Positions 29,767 through 36,884 of a stretch of 64,000 nucleotides of DNA are shown in pieces. How positions within the stretch are numbered: position 1 is the first letter of the stretch; each line of letters begins with the position of its first letter. Source of the DNA: Candidatus Cloacimonadales bacterium (GTDB lineage Bacteria; Cloacimonadota; Cloacimonadia; Cloacimonadales; JAFGVF01); the NCBI GenBank assembly GCA_963678315.1, contig OY782781.1, forward strand, positions 960,001-1,024,000, in the 5' to 3' direction. A model generated the notes under the pieces. It had not been told where the DNA came from. It made no database searches and was given only the letters and a program-made list of their open reading frames with translations. A program made the position numbers and the translations under genes.

Positions 29767-31152
29767 ATGCAATACATAACAAATGGCATTGAACATAGTC
29801 TAAGGTTATCAAAAGAAGAGCTTGAAGAATTATTAGGTTCTAAAGAAAAAATATCTGATACTTCAGAATTTAGGGTTGTTAAATTACTAAAATACATACT
29901 TCATAGCACTAAAGAAGATATTTACCAATGGGAAGAGGGGGATTTGAAGCAAGATTTATTGAGCTTCTTTGAAGATCATGATATATCGACCATAAACAAA
30001 GCTTTTATCAATCACAAATTACGGAAATTTTATTCAGATATAAGGGAAAAGATTGCACCACTAATATATTCGGACAATCTTAGTATTCTTATGAGCAATG
30101 GATGTTCAATGGTTGCGGGTTCAAAAGGTATTAATTGTGGAATAAATAATGAGCTATCTGAGATTTTAGAAAAATTTAAACATCGAAGTAATAAACTCAG
30201 TAATAACATTAAGTCCTTCAAAAATTTATCCCCTGAAAAAGTTCTAGATAAACTATACCAGATAAAATCATATTTTGAGATTATTCTTCAGAATGACAAA
30301 GATACCTATAAAATAAATAATTTGATTAATGAATATCGGGAAGTATTATTAAAAAGTTATGTTTTAGGTATTGATTATAGTAAAATAGACATTCACAAGA
30401 ATTTATTAATGAAATTAATGGGAATTAAAAACAAAAGAACTACACTGTTTACATTAAATTATGATTTGCTTATTGAGAAGGCATCCGAAGAACTAAATAT
30501 ACAATTAAATAATGGTTTTAGAGGTTTTCATTTTCGTAAGTTCAACCCATCAAATTTTAATTATCAAAATTATATTGAGACTTCCAGCCATGAAAAACTT
30601 TCAACAAAATCTTTCAACTTAGTAAAACTACATGGTTCTCTATCTTGGCAATATTCTGAAGATGAGCCTGTATATAGTATTGTTGAGAAACAGCTATGTT
30701 TCAATAACGACAATAAGATATCTTTTGAAAGTATCTCTAATGAAGCAATTATTTATCCTGTGCAAACTAAGAAATCACAATCTTTAGATTTACCTTATAG
30801 TGAAATGTTTAGGCAACTAAATGAAACATTAAACAAAAGAAATACAACACTAATTGTTGTAGGATATAGCTTTTTAGATGAACATGTTAATGATATTATA
30901 AATAATGCTTTATCAAATCCATACTTTAACTTAGTTATATTTTCATACACTTCTTTAGACGAAATCAAAGAAGATGATAAATCTGAATTGTATAAATATT
31001 ATAACCAAGCCAAGAATGATAATAGAATTTCGATTTTTTCCGGTAATATATTAGGAGATTTTGCTACTGTTACGAATGATTTAATCCCAACAGAGCCCCC
31101 TAAGAATATTCTTAGAGAACTTGAAACAATTATTAAAAAAAATAGGACGTAA
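29767..31152 (+). CDS. SIR2-like NADase effector of a Sir2-HerA system
   Basis: FTLNYDLLIE, KLHGSLSW, IIYP..K, PYSEMFR, VVGYSFLDEHVN. Confidence 0.9.
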   Translation: MQYITNGIEHSLRLSKEELEELLGSKEKISDTSEFRVVKLLKYILHSTKEDIYQWEEGDLKQDLLSFFEDHDISTINKAFINHKLRKFYSDIREKIAPLIYSDNLSILMSNGCSMVAGSKGINCGINNELSEILEKFKHRSNKLSNNIKSFKNLSPEKVLDKLYQIKSYFEIILQNDKDTYKINNLINEYREVLLKSYVLGIDYSKIDIHKNLLMKLMGIKNKRTTLFTLNYDLLIEKASEELNIQLNNGFRGFHFRKFNPSNFNYQNYIETSSHEKLSTKSFNLVKLHGSLSWQYSEDEPVYSIVEKQLCFNNDNKISFESISNEAIIYPVQTKKSQSLDLPYSEMFRQLNETLNKRNTTLIVVGYSFLDEHVNDIINNALSNPYFNLVIFSYTSLDEIKEDDKSELYKYYNQAKNDNRISIFSGNILGDFATVTNDLIPTEPPKNILRELETIIKKNRT

Positions 31153-31154
31153 AG

Positions 31155-32696
31155 ATGGAAAGAGTTAGAATTGGTAAAGTAGTTCAAATGGATGCTGATT
31201 CAGTTATTGTTGAGGTTATAGATAATTCATATGTAGACAAAGTAAATTTTAGTATAGGTATTTCAGTTGTTCCTGTGGTAATAAATAAGCTTATATCAGT
31301 AAAACTACTAAATAGTAAAGAAGTAGTATTAAAAATCAACAAGATATACGATAAAAATCACTTTATTAATAGAGATGATTTTAAAGTACATAATAGTAAA
31401 ATATTTCTAGAAGCAACTCCTTTAGGTATTTATGATAGTTATTTATATAAATTTGACGAAGGAATCAACAATTACCCATTAATCAATACAGAAGTTTACT
31501 CTATCTCAAGTGAAACAAAAAAGAGTATTATTAATATTTCATCCACATACAAGTTACAGGTTGGAAATTCTTTTGGAAATGATGATTTAGTAAATGAAGC
31601 AAATCCTGATATTCTTTTAGGTAAACATCTAGGCGTTTTTGGAAATACTGGATCAGGTAAAAGTTGTACTGTGACTTCTATCATACAGGGATTAAAGAGA
31701 AGGTTATATACCAGTTCAGGTACAGATGTAAGTATAAAACCTAAAATTATAATATTTGATTCAAATGATGAATATGCTCAAGCTTTTAATGATACAGAAT
31801 TTCGTTATAAGAAAATATCTAAGTCAAAATTGAAATTGTCACATACTAAATTATCTGATAGTGAATACTTTAAATTTTTTGGTGCAAGTCAAGGGGTACA
31901 AGCTCCATTATTAAAACAAGCTCTTACCAAACTAAGACCTAATGGATTCTTTTCGCTGCAAGATATAATAAACATGATAAACGACCTAATATCAACGAAC
32001 AGCAGGGAACTTGATAGAAATGGTAATAAAACTAGAAGTAATTTTAGTTTTAATCAATGGACTAATTGGACTAACACTATGATAAATAGAATTGAAAGGA
32101 TAATTGAGAATAATGAGCTAAAACTAATAATTGATGATCATGCAGTAAATACAATCGATCAAATCTTTGATGATAATTCTAACGAGATCTTTCTTATTGA
32201 TTCAGACTTTGATAGAGAAGAATTAGATATTGTTATGTTTCTATTCGCAAAGCTTGTATACAAAAAGTATCAAACAGATGGTCCAAACATTATACTTGTG
32301 TTAGAAGAAGCTCATAGATATATAAATGATTATGACAATAAAGACTACAAATTAGGAAATTATTATATTGAGAAAATTGCAAGAGAAGGTAGGAAATTTG
32401 GGATAAGTTTAGTTATATCAAGTCAAAGACCTTCTGAATTGTCCAAGACAGTAATTTCTCAATGTAACTCTTATATAATTCATAAGCTTACTAATAAACA
32501 TGATATAGAGATTGTTAGTAGATTTCTTAGTTATAACAGCCGTGAATATGTCAATTCATTAACAAGTCTTGAAAGACAACACGCACTAATTTGTGGAGAA
32601 GCATTTGGTTTCCCTGATATTACTAGAATTTTTAATGCCAGTCCAACACCTAATAGTAATGATCCTGAGATTGTCAAGAACTGGCTAGAAGATTAG
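31155..32696 (+). CDS. herA: HerA/FtsK-family ATPase (DUF87)
   Basis: KHLGVFGNTGSGKS, VLEEAHRY, IAREGRKFG, SQRPSELS. Confidence 0.92.
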   Translation: MERVRIGKVVQMDADSVIVEVIDNSYVDKVNFSIGISVVPVVINKLISVKLLNSKEVVLKINKIYDKNHFINRDDFKVHNSKIFLEATPLGIYDSYLYKFDEGINNYPLINTEVYSISSETKKSIINISSTYKLQVGNSFGNDDLVNEANPDILLGKHLGVFGNTGSGKSCTVTSIIQGLKRRLYTSSGTDVSIKPKIIIFDSNDEYAQAFNDTEFRYKKISKSKLKLSHTKLSDSEYFKFFGASQGVQAPLLKQALTKLRPNGFFSLQDIINMINDLISTNSRELDRNGNKTRSNFSFNQWTNWTNTMINRIERIIENNELKLIIDDHAVNTIDQIFDDNSNEIFLIDSDFDREELDIVMFLFAKLVYKKYQTDGPNIILVLEEAHRYINDYDNKDYKLGNYYIEKIAREGRKFGISLVISSQRPSELSKTVISQCNSYIIHKLTNKHDIEIVSRFLSYNSREYVNSLTSLERQHALICGEAFGFPDITRIFNASPTPNSNDPEIVKNWLED

Positions 32697-32917
32697 TGAT
32701 TAAAAAGCTTAATAAAATTATGAGAATGAAACGCTATTGGGAATGTCTAAAAAGAGCCTAATATATTGTACAAGAAGAGGTTCTAAAACTAGATGGATCT
32801 TATCTACTTCTCGGCTCACACAATGATAAATAATTATAATTAGCCGAGAAATGAGCCGAGAATCAAGACACGATATCAGTTTTTTTAAATCTGAAATATA
32901 TATATATAAATGTCACC

Positions 32918-32947
32918 TGTGAAAGACCTTTTCGAAAGGTCTCTACA
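32918..32947. terminator. Hairpin downstream of herA
   Basis: TGTGAAAGACCTTT-TCG-AAAGGTCTCTACA. Confidence 0.5.
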
Positions 32948-33033
32948 CCCTTACTTGCCACCGTAAAAAATCGGCTTTTTTTCAAAGAGGCGCATGGGCA
33001 AGCACTAATAACGGCTTATTATTATCAAAATAA

Positions 33034-33114
33034 CATTATCAATTGACAATTATGCATTGTTCATTAACAATTGTGAATTATGCATTATTAATTATGTATT
33101 GTTAATTATAAATT
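33034..33114 (-). repeat. Heptamer array C (11 units, inverse orientation) just before the mod RBS
   Basis: cattatc aattgac aattatg cattgtt cattaac aattgtg aattatg cattatt aattatg tattgtt aattata aatt. Confidence 0.9.
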
Positions 33115-33129
33115 AAAAATGGAGCATAT

Positions 33130-35121
33130 ATGGAAAAATTAAAGGGTACTAGTAAAGATTTACTAGCTGAAAATATAAATGAACTAAGAAAGCTTTTCCC
33201 TGAAGCTTTTACTGAAGATAAAATAGATTTTGAAACTCTGAAAGAAGTTTTAGGGGAATATGTAGAGAAAGATAAAGAACGCTACTCTTTCAATTGGGCT
33301 GGTAAGCAACAAGCACGCAGAGAAGCTCAAAAAGTATCTACAGGAACACTTAGACCTTGTAAAGAAGAGTCTGTTAACTTTGATGATACAGAAAATCTAT
33401 ATATCGAAGGTGATAACCTAGAAGTTCTTAAACTCCTGCAAAAGTCTTATCATAATTCTATCAAGATGATTTATATTGATCCTCCTTATAACACAGGTAA
33501 GGACTTTGTTTATAAAGATAACTATCATGATAATCTTAAAAACTATAAGCAAGTAACAGGACAAGTAGACTCTGAAGGCAATAAATTATCGACTAACAGT
33601 GATTCAGCTGGACGTTACCACTCTAATTGGCTTAACATGATGTACCCACGTCTAAAACTTGCTCGTAATCTGCTGAAGGATGATGGGGTGATTTTTATAT
33701 CGATTGATGATATCGAGGTTGGAAATCTTCGAAAAATATGTGACGAGATTTTTGGAGAAGAAAATTTACTTTCAGAATTAATTTGGCATTTATCTAGCGG
33801 GACTCAAGCAGGTCATTTTACACGTGCAAATGAAGCTATTCTGTGTTACTCAAAAAACAAAAAAGTGTTGTCTTTTTTTGAAGATAAGTCAGGTGGAACT
33901 ATTAAACATGGTGCTTTAAAAAAAATTTCTTTAGTTAATCCTAGAAGTAGAGTTTTGTTTAAAAAAGGTTCAATTACTTATGAAGGTCATAATGCTGTAT
34001 TTAATGGAGAATTAGGAGGATCAGAAAGACAATTTATAATTAGTGAAAAAATGCTATTTAAAGATGGTCTTTTAGATCAAGATGTCGAAGTAGAAGCAGG
34101 ATGGGCTATGAAAAACCAGTTGTTGTCATGGCTTGATGGTAAAGAAACTTATGATACAAAAGGTCAAAAAGTAATCCGCTTCTATTTTAATTCACAAGGA
34201 ATACTTTTTTATGAAAAAGAAAGAGGAACAGTTCATCCTAAAACCGTTTTACCAAGTTTTGTAGGGAATACTAAGTCAGGTTCAAATGAGATAAAAAAGT
34301 TATTTGACAGTAAAATTATGGATTATCCCAAACCATCGTCTCTCATTAAGTATTTATCGAAAGTTGTAACAAATAACGATGATATCATCTTAGACTTCTT
34401 CTCAGGTTCAGCGACAACAGCCCATGCAGTATTAGATTTAAACAAAGAAGATGGTGGAAACCGTAAATTTATTATGGTTCAACTTCCTGAACCCACAGCA
34501 GAGAAAAGCGAAGCTTTCAAGGCTGGCTATAAGACTATTGCAGAAATAGGCAAAGAACGAATACGTCGGGTAATTCATAAAATGCATAATTCAGAATGCA
34601 TAATTAATAATCAAAATACAGAAGAAGGGAATTCTCAATTATCCATTAACAATCCGTCTAAGCCGGACTTACGTTCTGAATTAGACCTTGGATTCAAGGT
34701 CTTCAAGCTTGATTCTTCTAATATCAAAGCATGGGATTCTCAACCTGAAGACTTAACAACACAATTAAAGGCATTTGTTAATAATATAAAAGAAGATAGA
34801 ACAGAAGATGATATCCTTTATGAGATACTTCTTAAGTACGGACTTGAACTTACAGTTCCAATTGAGAATTCAGAATGCATAATTGAGAATGGAAAGAGAA
34901 AAGTTAATATCTATAATATAGCAATGGGTGAAATCATTGCTTGTTTAGATGATAGTATTACTCTTCAAGTAGTAGAGCATATCGCAAAGATGAAGGATGA
35001 ATTTAATCCAGAGAGTTGTCGTGTTGTCTTTATGGATAATGGCTTTAAGAATGATGTGGTAAAGACCAATGCTATGCAGATATTGGCGAAGCATGGAATT
35101 GAGGAAATACGCTCTATTTAA
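33130..35121 (+). CDS. mod: Type III R-M methyltransferase subunit
   Basis: IEGDNLEVLKLL, IYIDPPYNTG, HSNWLNMMYPRL, PKP, ILDFFSGSATT, GFKVFKL. Confidence 0.95.
   Translation: MEKLKGTSKDLLAENINELRKLFPEAFTEDKIDFETLKEVLGEYVEKDKERYSFNWAGKQQARREAQKVSTGTLRPCKEESVNFDDTENLYIEGDNLEVLKLLQKSYHNSIKMIYIDPPYNTGKDFVYKDNYHDNLKNYKQVTGQVDSEGNKLSTNSDSAGRYHSNWLNMMYPRLKLARNLLKDDGVIFISIDDIEVGNLRKICDEIFGEENLLSELIWHLSSGTQAGHFTRANEAILCYSKNKKVLSFFEDKSGGTIKHGALKKISLVNPRSRVLFKKGSITYEGHNAVFNGELGGSERQFIISEKMLFKDGLLDQDVEVEAGWAMKNQLLSWLDGKETYDTKGQKVIRFYFNSQGILFYEKERGTVHPKTVLPSFVGNTKSGSNEIKKLFDSKIMDYPKPSSLIKYLSKVVTNNDDIILDFFSGSATTAHAVLDLNKEDGGNRKFIMVQLPEPTAEKSEAFKAGYKTIAEIGKERIRRVIHKMHNSECIINNQNTEEGNSQLSINNPSKPDLRSELDLGFKVFKLDSSNIKAWDSQPEDLTTQLKAFVNNIKEDRTEDDILYEILLKYGLELTVPIENSECIIENGKRKVNIYNIAMGEIIACLDDSITLQVVEHIAKMKDEFNPESCRVVFMDNGFKNDVVKTNAMQILAKHGIEEIRSI
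34572..34894. repeat. In-frame heptamer arrays D and E inside mod
   Basis: aatgcat aattcag aatgcat aattaat (34581-34608); inverse aattctc aattatc cattaac (34630-34650); aattgag aattcag aatgcat aattgag aatggaa (34860-34894). Confidence 0.85.
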
Positions 35122-35261
35122 TTGATAATGGATAATTGATAATGGATAACTGAGGAAACTGGGAACGCCGGCGTCCCTGCCGGCTTTAGCATGTAAGTAC
35201 ATGCTAAAAAATATTATATAATTGATAATTGATAATTCATAATGGAGAATTGACAATGAGA
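35120..35261 (+). repeat. Heptamer arrays F1/F2 enclosing two hairpins, upstream of the four-helix-bundle gene
   Basis: aattgat aatggat aattgat aatggat aactgag; GCCGGC-gtccct-GCCGGC and TTTAGCATGT-aagt-ACATGCTAAA hairpins; aattgat aattgat aattcat aatggag aattgac aATG. Confidence 0.88.
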
Positions 35262-35648
35262 AGAAATATAGTCTTAGATAAAAGTTTTAAGTTTGCAGTA
35301 AGGATTATTAAATTATCTCAGTTTTTACAGAAAGAAAAACACGAATTTATTCTTTCAAAGCAAATTTTAAGAAGTGGAACATCCATTGGAGCATTAATTA
35401 GGGAATCTCAACATGCAGAGTCTTCTAAAGATTTTATCCATAAAATGAATATTGCTTTAAAAGAAGCAAATGAAACAGAATATTGGCTATTGCTACTTAA
35501 AGAGGGAAATTATATTTCACTGAAAGAGTTTGAAAGTATTAAGCCAGATATAGAAGAATTGCTAAAGCTGTTAATTTCTATAATTAAGTCGACAAAATCG
35601 AATAATAATCTAAGTGAAGAGTTTACAGGTTATGAAACTAATTCGTAA
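35256..35648 (+). CDS. Four-helix-bundle protein (23S rRNA IVP / bAvd-like family)
   Basis: KSFKFAVRIIKL, LSKQILRSGTSIGA..RE, S.KDFIHK..IALKEANETEYWL. The GGAG RBS and ATG are both supplied by repeat units. Confidence 0.93.
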   Translation: MRRNIVLDKSFKFAVRIIKLSQFLQKEKHEFILSKQILRSGTSIGALIRESQHAESSKDFIHKMNIALKEANETEYWLLLLKEGNYISLKEFESIKPDIEELLKLLISIIKSTKSNNNLSEEFTGYETNS

Positions 35649-35681
35649 TCATTAATTGTTAATTATGAATTATCAATTAAC
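35640..35681 (-). repeat. Heptamer array G (inverse orientation) after the four-helix-bundle gene
   Basis: aattcgt aatcatt aattgtt aattatg aattatc aattaac. Confidence 0.85.
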
Positions 35682-35701
35682 AACTATACTTTGGAAAAAC
35701 T

Positions 35702-36811
35702 ATGGATAAAAAAGAAAATTTATTAAATATCGAAGATTCTTTGTTTAACAGTATTACTGAAATTATAAATACAGCCAAGCAAAATATAATACGCTCTGTT
35801 AATATTAATATGGTTGTAGCTTATTGGTTAATAGGTAAAGAAATTGTCTTGTCTATCCAAAAAGGTTCAGAACGTGCCGAATATGGACAAGAGATTTTAA
35901 AAAATTTGTCTAAAAGATTAAATGATAAATTTGGTTCTGGTTTTTCTGATGCAAACTTAAAGAATTTCAGACAATTTTATCTTGTTTTTAGAGATAGACA
36001 AAAAAGCTACCCAGTGGGTAGCGAATTCGATTTATCAAAAAGCTACCCATTGGGTGACGAATTGATTCCAACTTTTCATCCTAACCTTTCTTGGTCTCAT
36101 TACCGTGCTTTGATGCGTGTTCAAAATGATGAGGCAAGAGATTTTTATGAAGTAGAATCAATAAAGGCTGGTTGGAATAAAAGAGAATTAGAACGTCAAA
36201 TCCATAGTTTTTACTATCAGAGAATGCTTAAAAGTAAAAATCCTGAGAAATTTATCACAAAAGTAAAAAATGATAAATTACAAAACATTGAAGATATTCT
36301 AACTTCCCCCAATGTGCTTGAATTTTTAAATATTCCTGATAGTACAAAACTATATGAATCTGATCTTGAAAATGCAATTATAAACAATCTTCAAAAGTTC
36401 TTATTAGAAATAGGAAAAGGATTTTCTTTTGTGGCACGTCAAAAAAGGCTTAAATATGAAGATGAAGATTTCTTTGTTGATCTTGTCTTTTTTAATTATA
36501 TTCTCAACTGCTTTGTCTTAATTGACTTAAAAATAGGAAAACTTACCCATAAAGATGTTGGACAGATGGACAGTTATGTAAGAATGTATGAAGATTTATA
36601 TAAAGTTCAAGGAAGTAATCCAACAATTGGAATTATTCTTTGTTCTGAAAAAAATGAAGCAGTCGCTAAATATTCTGTCTTAAACGAATATAAAAATATC
36701 TTTGCGAATAAATATATGTTGCATCTTCCAACAGAAGAACAATTAGCAAATGAGATAAGAAAGGAAAGAAAACTTATTGAAATGAAGAAAAATAATTTAA
36801 TTGAGAATTAA
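35702..36811 (+). CDS. DUF1016/YhcG family PD-(D/E)XK nuclease
   Basis: YWLIG..I, RAEYG, GFS..NL..FRQFY, LSWSHY, FLLEIGKGFSFVARQ, VDLVFF..LIDLK, DVGQM..Y. Confidence 0.93.
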   Translation: MDKKENLLNIEDSLFNSITEIINTAKQNIIRSVNINMVVAYWLIGKEIVLSIQKGSERAEYGQEILKNLSKRLNDKFGSGFSDANLKNFRQFYLVFRDRQKSYPVGSEFDLSKSYPLGDELIPTFHPNLSWSHYRALMRVQNDEARDFYEVESIKAGWNKRELERQIHSFYYQRMLKSKNPEKFITKVKNDKLQNIEDILTSPNVLEFLNIPDSTKLYESDLENAIINNLQKFLLEIGKGFSFVARQKRLKYEDEDFFVDLVFFNYILNCFVLIDLKIGKLTHKDVGQMDSYVRMYEDLYKVQGSNPTIGIILCSEKNEAVAKYSVLNEYKNIFANKYMLHLPTEEQLANEIRKERKLIEMKKNNLIEN

Positions 36812-36819
36812 GAAGTATT

Positions 36820-36866
36820 TTTCGTGTTGTTTCGTGTATTTAGTGGTAAAAATGTATTTCGAGGTT
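36820..36866. repeat. TTCGTG-type short repeats (also at 28940-28958, and inverted at 22544-22570)
   Basis: tttcgtgttg tttcgtgta tttagtggt..tttcgaggtt; tttcgtgttt tttgtggtt; ccacaaatga cacgaatctt cacgaat. Confidence 0.65.
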
Positions 36867-36884
36867 AAAAAAGAGGTATTAAAA

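Noticed and set aside
32720..32830. Possible RelE/YafQ toxin remnant (LLLGSHND)
   Set aside because: Only a few residues resemble the motif, and no continuous frame supports it.
33130..35121. Phase-variable mod (phasevarion)
   Set aside because: No simple-sequence repeat tract near the 5' end. The heptamer arrays are degenerate and the A/T runs are unremarkable for this composition.
22661..35648. Diversity-generating retroelement (RT plus Avd-like gene)
   Set aside because: The RT sits inside clear group II intron ends and has a maturase domain. It is 11 kb from the four-helix-bundle gene, and I saw no template/variable repeat pair differing at adenines.
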